Part shown: piece after piece, positions 48,625 through 63,019 of the stretch | Position numbering within the stretch: position 1 is the stretch's first letter | Layout: the number at the start of each line of letters is the position of its first letter | NCBI RefSeq assembly: GCF_036321535.1 | Contig: NC_087446.1 | Location: 57,660,001-57,724,000, forward strand | Direction: 5' to 3' | From: Camelus dromedarius | Lineage: Eukaryota | Length of the DNA: 64,000 bases | Program-made: the position numbers and the translations under genes | The notes under the pieces: model-generated | Told to the model about the DNA's origin: nothing | The model's input: only the letters and a program-made list of their open reading frames with translations | Database searches by the model: none

Positions 48625-51600
48625 AAACTGAGATTTTTACCATATGTCAGTGTCTGTTTCAAATATAATGTTTCTTTATAAAATCCCTATTTGACTGAGT
48701 GGAAACAGGTTAAAATGATTTTTAAAAATCCTATCCAAATCACAGAACCTAAATGGGAAGAGCAGGGATTTTAACCTCGGTTTTTCTAAAACCTAGGAAT
48801 ACTGGAATACAAATGCTACCTGTTTACTTCTTAAAAGCCTCCCCCTAAATGACTCCCTTCCCAATGGGAAACACCTTGTCTTTTCTTCCACTCCAATAAA
48901 AGCATCTGATTTCCTAATTTTTGTCACCCAAATTCCTGTAATATTATTTACTAGTGTAATATAGAAAAGCCAGATGTGTCAGGAAAAAGGTCACTCAAAT
49001 GGGTATGTCTCCCAAATCTGAAAGTCATTGGAGTTAAATCTTTAACAACGTGACAGCTTTCTGAGTTTCCACTCTCACGGTCACTTTCCCAACCTCCTGC
49101 TCCTCCTCTGAAGCCACAGATAATGGATTTATTGCCATGACTTCCTCAGACTTAGCGAGTCCAAGGGAGAAAGGATGTAGACTAGACACTGAGTTTTGGA
49201 TCTGCATTATGGGTCAAGGACACCAAACTGTACAAATGTCTAAAATAAAATGTTACCCTCCATCAAACATTTTTTCTCCAAAATTTCTCACATCTAAGTG
49301 ATATTAGTATTCTCTCACTCTATATATATTCTACTATCTCATATATTTTTATATTTTGCCTTTTATCTACATCAGGATTCACTTAATAGAAGTTCTATTT
49401 TGTCAGCACATTAGAGTAATCATGAAATAGCAATGAAAACCTTTGATTTTGTCTTCCTAAATAACAGTAGTAATAATAATGCATTTATTTTAAAAAGAAA
49501 CTAAGTTTCCTCAATAAATTTCCTCAGTACATTTTCATATCAGTAATTCTGTGAATTCGCATTACATGGTCAAGTTTACATTCCAATGTCAGGAGAGAAT
49601 TTTCTACAATAGAATGTTTAATTTCAAGATACACGTTTGTTGATTTCTGGTATGTGATACATCGTAATACTATGAAATTTCTCAACTTTGTTTTCTTCCC
49701 TTACATACGTGAGCTTTCTTTTCACTTACTTCACTTTCTAGCAAAAAAGTATTGCTGCTTTCAAATTAAGGAAAATTCCAGTTGAAATGGATGGTGGCCA
49801 AGGCTACTGCGAGAGCATGTGAAGTTCACAAGAAAATGAACTTATTCTTTCACTATTCCTCAGAGACTAGAGAAAAAGTCTTAACAGCACTTAGAAGAAA
49901 AACAGACATTATAAATACATATTCTGTGAATAAATTTATGGCCATTCAAGAATGATAGATACTTACAAATGTAAAATTCATTGTTCTCAATGAACAATCT
50001 TCTGGGATTAATAGCTGTGTGTGACTCTTTGATCTGTAAACCATTTCTGGGATGTTTCTGGTAAAGTAATCAATGCTATATCTAAGTCAGTAAGACATCC
50101 TTTCAGACTTTCCTTCCTAACTATTCATTCACATTTTTTCCTAGTCCTATGTGATTTATGATAACAAGCTTCATATTCCTTTCTATTCCTTCCTTTTTAA
50201 TGAATTCTCATATCTTGGAAATCTCATCATTGAATCAAGCTTGTAGCTCACTGCAAGTGAAAATTAACCTATTCAGCAAGCAAATGCTTGCCCTTGTGTT
50301 AAATAAAACAACTAGAAATGATTTTCAGGAAACTTCTGCCATTCCACAGTAAATCATAACTATGGCTTCATAATAAATCATAATGATGGCTTCACAATAA
50401 ATCATAAGGAGAAAAGAAACAGCATTCTACAAATTGTTCAATTTAAAAAGCAACTATATTTCAATGTCTGTCAAAGATCAAGAGATTGTCTTTTCTTATT
50501 TTATATAAATTGTGAGAAGCTCCCTAAATTCCACAATATAACTGGAAACTTAGATTATCTTCCCACATTCTCTATGTGTACTGAATTTTCTCTTCTTATG
50601 TTAAAACTCCTAAGAAGCCATAAGTGAGCTTGTGAACACATATATCCTCAATACAATCTTCACCCTCAACATTACTATACAGTTTTCCAATTCTCTGTCT
50701 TTCCCCTGACGATCTTTTTCTTGGTGTTAGGTCTGTATGCTAGGTTAACTTGTCAGTGACTAGAACAGAGTGTTGGATTATTTTGATATTTTGGGTTTGG
50801 TTTTATAACAACCCTAATTTTTTTTTCTAGAATGATTTATTCTACTTCTGACTCTGTTTGCTGAGTAAGAACTCATCATGTAAGAACTTCATTATGACAG
50901 CATGAAAAAAAATTTCAGAAGAATCAATTTAGAGTATTTTCAAATTATTACTTTAAGATTATCTTCGAATAATCTTGTAATTTAGAATTCTGTTTCTCTG
51001 AGTCTTCTGGAAAAAAAAAATGACCTTGCTTTTTGCCTAATGGGAAGGGGGAGGCAGATCAAGTCAGTGAGATCAAAGTACCAACCAGTATGAATAAGAA
51101 TAACGAAAGAAAAAGTGTTGTAACCTAAATCACTCTCAAAATCCATAGGTTTTCAAAGAGATGTTCTCTTTCTCTCCTGATTGTCTCAGTTTGTAAATAG
51201 TATCTATAATTGAAGATAATGTATAACTTCAAAAGGAAAAGCAATTCTCATATGAATTATGGCATCAGGACTTAATTTTAATTTATAATGTGTGTGATTA
51301 TTGGGACAGCCTGCAGGCTTTGCATTCCAAGAGAAATGGATTAAAAATACAACTCTCCCTGAGTTTTAGGTTTGTTTTTTGGTTTTGGGGGGATTTTTTT
51401 TTTCCATCGTGAAAATGAGAATATTTCACAGAACTATTGTGAGAGCTAATTTAATTATAAAGTAAAATTAAATTATATAAAAATTTTATAGCACATACTC
51501 CCACACAGTAAACCCATTATCTTCTTTATTCCTAAAAATAAAGTCAATTATCACATTAGAGGCAGATAGTTCCACTATAAAATGATAATAAGGATTTTTG

Positions 51601-52699
51601 AAGAAACTCATCTGAGAGACAATGCTAAGGTTTTACATACTTATCTCATCTACTCATTATGATAACACTGTTACATTTGAAGAAACTTTGACACTGAGAG
51701 GTTAAATAACATAAACAAGATCATGCAGCTAGTTATGGTGAAACTGGAATTCTAAACTCTTCCTGCCTGAAACTGAATCACATGCTGCTTATCAAACCTA
51801 CATGCAATTAGGAGGCTGAAACTCACAGATTAATTCTCTGAAAATTAATAAAGAAATCAATTACTATGACAAACAGGAAATAAACATGCTCAATTTTCAT
51901 AATGCAGAAAGGAATAACAACCTCACATTATTTGAGTCAATTTGATGAAAAATTAAGCTAAGAATTAATAAATCAGAGCTAAGGAAAGCAAAGTTTTCAC
52001 TGGCTTTAACTTCATAATCTTACCTCTATTTGTACAGAGACATCATAGCAGCTGGTTGAAATTACTTTTAAAAAATACTGTCAAGTATTTCAGTTTTAGG
52101 TTAAGAAATCTAGCATTTCTAAAAATCACAGTTTATCAATACATTTGGAATTATTTTATTTCTGTGGCTAATTTTCTTTGATACGTTTTCCATTATAGCC
52201 ATGGGAGCAAAAATAGGGAAGAGAAGGAAGTTATGCGGTTACTTTGAGCCTTTCTGGACATGATTTCTGCAAGGATTATAACCTGCATAAGCCACGTGTT
52301 ATTTTATCCACCCTGTATGCCCAGGCTCATGGGAAATACTCCAGTGAACTCAGTCTGTCAACAGGGGCCAAGAGGAAAACACACTAAGGATTATAAACAT
52401 GATATCAACATTTGTACCAACATTGAAACAAGAAACTTGGGGGACAATGTCCATTGAGACAAGAGGGTGTGAGAAATAGGCCAGAAGCATATGGAATATT
52501 TGCATACTATCTATGAGGAAATAGCTAAACATGGAAATGTTTTAGAAGAGGTTTCCTGAAATTCCTAAACCAAGATTTCTCTGAGAATAGATCTTTTTTT
52601 TTTCCTTGCTGACTAAAATCCTAGGATGAGTGAATCTCATGTATAAATATTATATTTTGTTTTCTCATATAAAAAATGTCTCTATAAAAGCGGCTCTTT

Positions 52700-54815
52700 G
52701 ATAAAGGGTCAATTTTTGAAGAAGACCTAAAAATTCCTAATGACTATGCACCTAACAGCAGATAATCAAACTATGTGAGGTATAAAATAATAGAATTACA
52801 AAAAGAAATAGATGAATACACTACTACAGTTGCAGAAGTCAACATTCATCCATCAGAAATGAACATACCCAGCAGCAACTAGAAAATTAGTTAAGGACAT
52901 TGATAAACTCAGCAATGTCATCAATCAACTAACTGGTTAAAATTGACATCTATAGGGTACTTCACCCAGTAACAGCAAAATTCACATTTTTCTCAAGCAC
53001 ACATGGAATATTTACCAAGAGAGACTGCATTTTGGGCCATCAAACACACCAAACAAAATTTTAAAATAGAAATAATACAATGTCTGCTCCCAACTGCAAT
53101 GGAATTAAGCGATAAATCAAGAACAAAAACATAACTAGAAAATCCCCAAATACATGGAAATTAAACAACATGCTTCTAAATAATACGTGGAACAAATAAG
53201 TAGTGTCAGAATAAATTTTAAAATATTTTGAAGTAAGTAAAAGTGGAAACACAGCTTGTCAAAATTTGTGGGATACAGTAAAAACAGTGCTTAAAGATAA
53301 ATTTATAACATGGAATAAACATATTAGAACATACAAATAATCTAAAATTAATCATCTAAATTACCACCTCAGGAAACTAGAAAAAGAACAGGAAACTAGA
53401 AAAAGGTAAGCAGATAACATAGGATAAAACCTTTATGATCTTGGGGATAGCAATGACTTCTTAGAAACAACACCAAAGGGTGTCATCCACAAAATAAACA
53501 GTGGATAAAATGAACTTCATTGAAATTTAAAACTCCTGCTGTGAAAGGGAATGACAAGAGAATTGTAAGAAGAGCCACAGAAGTATTGTAAAAAGAAACA
53601 TCTCATAAAGAACTATTATCGAAAATATGCAAAGAATTCTTAAAACTCATCAATAAAATAACAAAACACCCCAAATAACAAAGGAGCAAAAGATCTTAGC
53701 AGACACTTACCCAAGGAAGATATACAGATGGCAAATAAGCATATGAAAAGATGTCCATGAATCCNNNNNNNNNNNNNNNNNNNNNNNNNNNNNNNNNNNN
53801 NNNNNNNNNNNNNNNNNNNNNNNNNNNNNNNNNNNNNNNNNNNNNNNNNNNNNNNNNNNNNNNNNNNNNNNNNNNNNNNNNNNNNNNNNNNNNGCAGCAA
53901 CATGGATGGCCCTGGAGACTGTCATTTTAACAGAAGTGGGTTGGAAACAGAAAGAAAAATGCCATATGATATCACTTATATGTAGAAAAGAAGGAGGAGG
54001 AGAAGAAAAAGATGATGACAAATGAACTAATGATTTACAATTTAGATGATTGATTTCTTGAATATGTGTAAGCACATTTGAGTGTCCTCTGTGACTGAAT
54101 TACTGCATTGTGTTGATTCTTACTTTGTGGTTGGCTTTATTCCTTTGATAACTAGTTAAGTTTGAAAAGCTAAAGCTCTAATCTGTTCTTAGAAGCAATG
54201 ATCAGTACATATATGTAAACTAAAAAAATATGTGCAGTATACTGTATATATGTATTTACATGCAATGTAATGTATATGTGCAGTCAAACTGTAATAATTC
54301 TACCTAATAAAACTGGAAGAAAAAAAAAAAGATGTCCATGAGTCATCAGGGAAATGCAAGTTAAAACAAGGAGACTACACTGCCCACCTATCAGAACAGC
54401 CAAATCTATTCTAAAACTGACAACATCCAGTGCTGATGGGGATGTGGTACAACAGGCAGTCTCATTCACTACTAACAGGAATGCAACATGGGAAAGCCAC
54501 TTTGGAAGGCAATTTGGCAGTTTCTTCCAAAAGTAAGCACACTCGCCCTTCAATCCAGCAGCCTTGCTGCTTGGTATTTACTCAAGGGAGTTAAAGACAA
54601 GTCCTCACAAAAACAGTGGAACTATTCTTCTCACAGCTTTGTCAATGCTTCTTTGTGCTCCACCAATGTGCTTTATCCTGTCTCTTGGATTCTGCAGCAC
54701 TGCTAAAGGTATTTTCTCCTATGGACCGTTATTAAATTGGTGTTTCTGTTGGAATATGAAGGCTGGGGGTTGGAGCCCCCTATTCTCCCACCTTGCTGAT
54801 GTCACTCTTCCACTA
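52700..54815 (+). mobile_element. Nested L1 fragments (paralogue of 5945-8040)
   Basis: Reverse complement of the 5945-8040 block, including the N-masked younger L1 piece. Confidence 0.75.
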
Positions 54816-57299
54816 TATTATTTTGTTTTCAGGAACACTTAATAGCTACCAAAACTAACCATATGCCAGATCATAAACTGGTTCATAATTCAAGCATCAA
54901 AAATGTCAAAGAATTGAAAAAATTTCTGACTAAAAAATTACTTAGTTAAAAATCAGTATCACTCCTAAGTAAAAAGGAATTCACAGAAAATATTCTGAGT
55001 ATAGGAGCATGATTAGGGTTTCTGGGTATCAGATAATAATCGATTTTTGTTCTTTTTGTTGGTTCCGTTTACATTTTTTGATATAAAATTAAATTTGTTA
55101 AACATGTATTATCTCTGGACTCTACTTGATGGCACATAACTTAAGTAAAGAGCCAAAGACAATACTGCCAAGGCAATCTTGAAGAAAAGGGGAGGGCAAA
55201 TTACATTACCAGACAGAGCTGAGACAGTGCCTTAGCTGTCCATGGACAGTCAAATAGTCAATGGGACTGAGGCATCTCAGTACACCATAGTAAGAGGTAT
55301 TTCATATCAGCTTTAGATTGTCAGCAATGTTAATATTTATTATTTATTAATGTAGTTCTCTACTGTAAAGTTTTCCAATGTAAAGCTACCTTCTCCCCTG
55401 AGAAATTAAAAATTACACTGTAGTGCAGGGATATTTTGACTGTATAAATATTATATTGCCTAAGAAACTTTTATCTATTATAATCATTCCTTATTATTTG
55501 TTCTCTAACCTATTTATTGATGGCAATATATAATAGTATAACATTAAAACAAAGGTGATTTTTCTAAATCCATTACACTTTCTACATTTATTAGAATTTT
55601 ACCATAAAGAAAAGCATTTTATTCTCTAATCCTAGTATCAATTTATGCACTTTTTATAGTGTTTTTCTACATAATGTGTTATTGTCTATTTTTATGATTA
55701 TTCAGTTCATTGCTCCAAATGTCTTGATATTGTCAGTGAGAACAACTTCTAAGTGAATCCTTATCTTTTGACATGTGGCTACATTTTCAGAGCACTTATA
55801 TTTTGGAACGATAAGATACTTCAGCTCTTCTTGTCGCTTCAATGTTAAGTCCTGGAATCCACCTGGAGTCAACCATTTCTCCAGTTCTCAGAAGTTATTT
55901 TCAGCGAGAAATAGTACTCTGAGTTCAAGATCTGGATGCTTTGTGTGGTTCTTCCTATTGAGTTATCATTATTCCCTGGAGCTTGCAGGAAATAGAGAAA
56001 GGAAATATATTCGGAAAAGGAATGGACTCACAACATTCTTATTCCAGTCCAATAACACAGGATTTTTCACTTCCTCTCTTATACCACATTGTGTCTCTTT
56101 CTCTGCAGTGAGAAACCTGGCTCCAACAAACCCATTCTCCTGTCAGTTACTCAATTCTACAACACATACAGTTTCTGAATTCTGACACTACAATTATAAA
56201 AAGAAACCTACTAAAACAGGTCATTCTTCTTTGCAAACCTTGTCTTACTGATGGTCTGTTCAAAATGCTATCTTGGAAACCTACTTGTATCAATTTTTTG
56301 TTCTTCACCCAACAAGCTCATGTTTATTTTAAAATTATATTCACTTGTGTGTTTTCAATGTTAAGGTTTTTCCCCATTTTTGACCATTTAATTTCATCTT
56401 TGAAATATGTGAAACAATGAGAATATCTCAAAAGTTAATACTATGCAAATAGGTATACTGAGAATTGTGTCTCTTACTTTATTTTACTCTAATAATCTCT
56501 CTCTCTTTTCCTACCTCAGTACCTGTTTTCACTATACAAGCCTTATACTACATTTTATCTGTATGCTTAAACCTCTCATACTGGCCTTGTTTCTCAAGAT
56601 CTCTTGATCATTACTGCATGCCTGTTTCCCACATGAAATTTAGTGCTGGTTTTAGTATTAGTGCTCTTCCACCTTGGCAAATGACCCAGCAATTCCAGTG
56701 CTATTTAAAGTCTCAGTGACAAAGAGGATGCTATAAGGCACTTCCGCTTTCCCACAGGTGGAGATTCAAACTGCAAACTTTGATTATGGAAAAATCTTTT
56801 ACATATAAACATTCTCCTTTGAAACAACAAACCTGAGCTTGCCACTGGGTCTTAGTAGAGACTAAAGGCCAAACCACAGAGCATCAACTGACCATTACAT
56901 TAGAGTTCCCATAGTCAACAGAGTGTTACTGGACTTTCTAATTTATAAACTTGGTAATTTATAGCAGCGATCTATCATCAAAGGGAGATAGTACTTGGGA
57001 GCTCAGACTTGAGCAGGTCCAGAAGGCAGAAGTAAAGCTTAGAAACAGATGACTCAGACGTCTTCAAAACCGATTTCTCCTGCATTACATCCTCTTCCTC
57101 TGTCCATACGTACGGCACTATTGAGAGTACCTAATAACTAGCTGACCAACGTACAAAGATATGCACCTGGTGACAGACGTTCTGCTCAATAGGCTAGCAT
57201 CCACTCATAAGTAAATGACTGATAGAGAAAATACATGCCATGTAAACAACATAGATTTTTAAGTGCTGGTAGAGCTATAGCAGTATTAGTCAAGGTAAA

Positions 57300-58360
57300 T
57301 GTTACAGAAAAAAGTACACTTCACATGGAGAGGAATTAATGGTTTTTCTTAATGATAAAAAGTTATGTCCAATAAAAAGTAACAACTCCAACTTGCGTCT
57401 GCATAAAAACAGAGTTAATATTTTTAAAAATAAAAACATTGCTACAATGGGAAAAAATAACTACAAAGAGAACAAAAGAACTACAGAGACGCTTTGGAAG
57501 ATTTAAAGAACTCATTAATAACACAAACAGTAGAAGTAGATATTTAAATCACGTGATTAATGGACTCAAATAGGCGAGCGGACTCAAATAGAACACTGCA
57601 CTCACCATTACATATAATTTTCCAATTCACAAGAAGTGTTTACAAAACTCTGGCCATATTCTAGGCTATGAAGTGAAGCTCAAGTAATTTACAATGATTT
57701 AATTTAAAGAAAGTATGTTTTATAATAGTATAAGAGGATCCTTTTGAAAATCGTACAACCAGCAGACCGATTTCTAGTAGTCTGAGGCAAACAACACTCA
57801 GTGGCCTCTCCCTCAGCGTAAGGAAGAAATGTGGAGCACGTGCCCCACATCTGGGCTCTTCAGGGCCTGCTGGAGGACTGCTGTCTCTCTAGCCCATCTT
57901 GGGGCCCTTATGGTACCTCACATGCTCTAGATGCCCAGAGGCTGCTGAGAACAAAAAGAGCTGTGTGACTTCTTCAAGCAACTGAGTTACAGCAGACAGA
58001 AACAGAGCAAGAGATTATAGGTTACTGCTGCATAAAATGGGCAAAAATCTTCCGATTAGAAATCTCCAAACACAAATCTGAGAAGACACATCCTCACAAA
58101 AGATTTGAGCAGTCCCCAGAATTTCTAGTGGACAGAATGGGGAAGGTCTTGCCTTTACAAATCCAGTCTAAAAAAACTGAGAGATGTGGCTGTTTTGTCA
58201 AATTGCAAGCAACAACAACACGTTATAAGAAACATAAAGAAACAGGTGAAAGGGGAAAATGTCCCAATGAAACAAATGAATAAATTTCTAAAAACAGACC
58301 CTAAAGGAATGGAGATGGATGAACACCTGACAAAGAAATCAAAATAACTTATAAAGATGG
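57300..58360 (+). mobile_element. Ancient L1 fragments (paralogue of 1594-2640)
   Basis: Reverse complement of 1594-2640 at high identity. Confidence 0.6.
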
Positions 58361-59038
58361 TCCTTGAGTTCAGGAAAGTGCCAGTGTTTAAGTTTTATTG
58401 CATTTCTTTTGAATTTTCTAATATAACTATTTTCTAAAAATGATAGAAAACAGAAAATATAGAAATTATATAAATATAACATAATATCATGAACAACATT
58501 TATCATGAAAATATGCACCAAATTTCACAAAGTATAAATGTCTCCATTTAATGTGTAATAGAATAGTACATATTATTTCTTTGGACTGAAGTTAATATAT
58601 AATAATATGAACATCTAGATTCTTTACACCTCAAGAAATTATCACTGTTCATCTTCAAAATACACAACAAATTAGACATTAATTCTGGAACTCTATATTT
58701 GAAGTACAATGTGAAATCATAGGATCCTTTTAGGGACTGATATTTAAGAGAATTAAAATTATTTTCTACCTCCTGCTGTAAAGTATGACTTAAAGAAATA
58801 CATTTCATCCCCAGAAAATTCTGTAGGAGAAATATATTTTTAAATGTCAATAAACAATGCACTGGGGAAACTTAAGGCACGGAAGTGGAAGAAATGGATT
58901 GGGAAAATACATTAACTGTACCGTGGGCATAAAGCAACTAAAGAGACTATAAATAGCAAGCATAGTTGTATGACATTCAGAAATTCCAAGATTTAACGTA
59001 ATAGCTCTTCAGAGTGTCCTTTATTTTTGTCAAAAAAT

Positions 59039-59974
59039 TCATTTCTTGGCAGAAAATATTACTTTATAGACCTTGTCTTTGAAGGCTTGTTTTACTTGCT
59101 GGTTTCTCAGGGTGTAAATGAAGGGGTTGAGCATGGGGGCAACAGACGTGTTGAGAACAGCTACCCCTTTAGTGACAGATGCCTCTTCTTTGGCCGAGGG
59201 ATTAGCATACATGAATATACAGCTTGCATAAGAGATGGAAATGACAATCATGTGAGAGGAACACGTGGAGAAAGCCTTTTTCCTCTGACTGGCAGATGGG
59301 ATTCTCAAAATAGTCCTGATGATGTACATATAAGACAAAATCACTAATGCCAAGGTGAACAGCAAACTAACCAAAGCAAAATAAAATCCCATTACTTCTA
59401 GGAACCACGTATCTGAGCAAGATAATTGCAAAAGGGGAAAATAGTCACATGCAAAGTGATCAATGACATTGGAGGCACAGAAATCCAGCTGGAGGAGAAG
59501 CACAACGGGTGGGAAAATGGTCAGAAAGCCACCCAGCCATGCACACAGCACAAGCAGGCTGCAGACCTTCCTGCTTATGATGGCTGTGTAATGAAGGGGC
59601 TTGCAGATGGCAACGTAGCGGTCGTAGGACATGGCAGTTAGAAGATAAAACTCTGTCACCCCCATAAAAACAAAGAAAAATAGCTGAGCTGCACAACTGT
59701 TATAAGAAATAGTCTTATCTCTGGTGATAATTGTCCCCAGAAACCTAGGGATACATACAGTGGTAAAGGAGACTTCTAGGAAAGAGAAGTTTCGGAGGAA
59801 GAAATACATTGGTGTCTGTAGATGGGAGTCCAGCAAAGTCAGGGTGATGATAGTGAGGTTTCCAGTGACACTTAATACATATGTGATAAACAAAAAGAGG
59901 AAAATCACAATCTGAAGGTCAGGATCATCAGAAAGGCCTAGGAGGACAAACTCTGTGATCCCTGTGTGGTTCAT
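59039..59974 (-). CDS. OR6C3: Olfactory receptor 6C3-like, copy 3 (311 aa)
   Basis: Complete [24 protein letters not shown]... with all OR motifs. Nearly identical to copies 1 and 2. Confidence 0.95.
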   Translation of the reverse strand: MNHTGITEFVLLGLSDDPDLQIVIFLFLFITYVLSVTGNLTIITLTLLDSHLQTPMYFFLRNFSFLEVSFTTVCIPRFLGTIITRDKTISYNSCAAQLFFFVFMGVTEFYLLTAMSYDRYVAICKPLHYTAIISRKVCSLLVLCAWLGGFLTIFPPVVLLLQLDFCASNVIDHFACDYFPLLQLSCSDTWFLEVMGFYFALVSLLFTLALVILSYMYIIRTILRIPSASQRKKAFSTCSSHMIVISISYASCIFMYANPSAKEEASVTKGVAVLNTSVAPMLNPFIYTLRNQQVKQAFKDKVYKVIFSAKK

Positions 59975-62694
59975 TTCCCTCTCTCTTTCTCATTTTTCCT
60001 TCTTTAAGACATTTAGGTGGAAAGTGTATTAAAGGGAAGACATGAGGATATAATTCATCATGATCAATATCATCATCATTGATACAATTCTAAAACATTT
60101 TCTAGAATCCATGCTGATGTTATTTTCCCTTGACTATTTTATTTGCATTATATCTTAATACATATTTGTGAGTCCTGCTTTATTTACTCGTTCTCTTATT
60201 TAAATCTAGTAGAAGTTAGGAAATCTTCATAAAGTAAGTCACATTATTGAGAGGTGGCAAATTCAATCAATACTTTTTGCTTTGTCCAATTTATGCAAAT
60301 CATTGCATTTTTCTCAAAACAATCATATAAAATACACATTTTTCCTTTTTTATGTGATGTATTTATTAGAAGATACTACCAGTTAAAGACAGGAATAGAT
60401 GATCTCAATTCCATTAAAAGATACAAATAAAAGTAGATTACTAAGGCATCAACCCATTACTTTTTATGATGTAAGAACTCAATGAATGATTTTCTTAGGA
60501 TATAAAATAAACTTAAAATGTTTATTTACTACATAACTTAATTACTCATTTTATTTCAATACTAATATTTCTTGATGTAGCTTTTCAGATAAAATGAAAA
60601 CACTGCATACATATTATAGAGTAATATATGTATGTATTTAGTAAAAAATAGAATAAATAATCTAACATTTATTTAACAGAGAATATATTACCTTATCACT
60701 TGATGATTTTTTTATAATTTCATAGAAATCATTAATGTTTGACATCTTCTATAACTTGCAAGAAATGTATATATGGAAACATTTTTATTTTTGAGCTTAA
60801 AGGGATATGCAGTATTTATTCATTTTTCATTTGGCACTGAAGCACAAATTGAAAAATAACTACTTGCCTCAGATCATAGCAGCTCTGTCACCCAGGTTGT
60901 AGCCCAGTGCATTTTCTGTCTGGACATTCTTCATTCACAGCTATTAAGCTTTATGAAAAAATGATTTACTGACTTGGAGTTCTGCCTCACATTTATTTTC
61001 ACATGTGACACCCTATCCATAAGGATATTCCAGAAATGTGTAGGAAAACCTCTCCTTCATCCTAACCTATTCAGTTCATCCCCAGCTGAGCTGGATACAC
61101 CATTCTCTGTATTTGGATTGCTAAAATCACGTCAGCTATCTTCTACATATTTCAGACAGCCACAGTTCTGCTGTGCATAATAGACTGGAACATCACTGCT
61201 TCTCTGCCAGACACTAGCAAAGTCATATTAATTAAGTTTGATTAAACTTTCTCTATTTTATGAACACTCAAGGGAAATAGTTTAGGAAATAAAAATGGAA
61301 TGTCAGAAACCTTAAGAAGATCTGGAAATATACTATAGTCCTCTTCAATAATGTTGCTCTAGAAGTTTAAGAAAGTCATATTTAAAGAGAGAACTGACAG
61401 GGATATGACACTATTGGGTATTATGAGTACAGATTCTTAAATCTGGTGTCCCTCTGGTTGTACTAATAAATTTTCAAGTCTAGTTGTTTTAACCCATGAA
61501 GAGAGTCATGCATTCATCTCTTGGGAACAAGGCAAAGTCAGAGCACATCTCTGCCATAATGTAGACCATGAGGGATTTGGGGAAGTCACCCTTGGCATTT
61601 TCAGTAGCCTCCTAACTCGTCTCTGTCGTGCATCTCCCTTGAGAATGGTTACGTTCATCTTTGTATCCCATAGAGGACCTAAACGTTGACTTATACAAAA
61701 TAATCACTTCCATTAACCACAAGTATTGACTATTTCAAGAATAATCAAAATAGATGTGACATCTTACAAAAACAGAACTCAGTCTAATTTGCACTTGATA
61801 TACGGAGAGCATATCCAAGTAATAGACTCCCAAAGCAATTAGAATCTAACCAATAATCAACCTGTGCGGTCTGAAGTCAGCAATGATTTCATTAGACAAT
61901 GAAACCCTGGTAGTCTGCATTTACACACTAGCAAGGCAGAGCTCACCTAGGATCAAATCACTACTAAAACAGATTAAAGAAGGCTGCATCATGAATGCCT
62001 GGCTTATGCAGAGGGCTGGCTGCTTCCAAATGCATTTGACAGTTTAAAGAAAGAAAACGCAACTTCAATGTATCAATTACCTCGTAACCAAAGAGATGGC
62101 ACAGCCAATATGAAATCCTGTTCCTACAGTTTCCGTAACAGTAAAACTGATGTAATTCACAACCTCTCCATGTGTCTTAGGTGAATGTTAAGGTGTTGAT
62201 TGGGAAAGAGTAGGGACTGAGAATCGGATTGAAGGCATCTGTGGACTCAGATGACTCGGAACATCTGAACATGGAGGCTCCACCTAGACTCCCTTGCCAA
62301 CAGAAGGATCCTGCTTCTCTGCTTCATGAAATTGGTCATGCATTTCTAGAGACTCTGCAATTACCTCACTTAAAGGAGGTAATTTTTCTCACATATGCAT
62401 TCACTGCTCACAGACTATTTTCAAACCTCTAGCATGTATCCAAGTCTGGCATTTTCCAGGAGATGGTAAGCCATGGAAAAGCTAAGAAGGAAGAGCCTTA
62501 CATATGAAAAGTTTTACAAGTTTTTGCTAATTAAAAAAAAAAATCATTGGTGGTGATGATGAAACCAAACCAAACCAAAAGCAGCAACAACAAAGAAACA
62601 TCAAAATTACCTTTGGCCTCTGAAATGCTGGGAGTCAAAATCCCTCCCACCAGAAACAAGCTTAGCACCAGAGCCCCTTATTGATTCACAGACA

Positions 62695-63005
62695 ACATGA
62701 GTGAAACGTAAGTCCATTTTACTAAGTGAAAGAATCATTCAAAGGCTGAGCATTATAGGATTCTATGTGTGTGACAATCTGGATCAGCAAATCGATCAGG
62801 ATAGAAAACAAATCAGTTGTTGCCAGGGTTGAGAGAGGGATGAAGGGTTGACTGCAATGGGGCAACATGAGGGACTTTGTGAGATGTTACAGCTCTCCTG
62901 TGTGGTTCTGTGGGGGTGGAAACATGACTCCATGCATTTTCAAACACACACAGAGCAGTAAACAGCCCACAGGAAGTGACTTTCGCTAAGTGAAAATTTT
63001 TTTAA
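62695..63005 (+). mobile_element. Old L1 3'-end fragment (L1MC/MD/ME-type)
   Basis: ttactaagtgaaagaatcattcaaaggctg...gatagaaaacaaatcagttgttgccagggttgagagagggatgaagggttgactgcaatggggcaacatgaggg is a typical L1M 3' UTR. Confidence 0.7.
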
Positions 63006-63019
63006 AATATCTCCCAGGA

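Larger units (their letters stand above)
41865..61790 (-). repeat. Right arm of large imperfect inverted duplication (mosaic module 3)
   Basis: The reverse complement is collinear with 18115-36100. The segment at about 48640-59974 is closer still to 1-12050. Confidence 0.85.

Noticed and set aside
55775-56185. 136-aa ORF on the plus strand
   Set aside because: No recognisable domain. It is not preserved in the paralogous sequence (about 3740-4980 is interrupted by stops and an L1), so it is a chance ORF.
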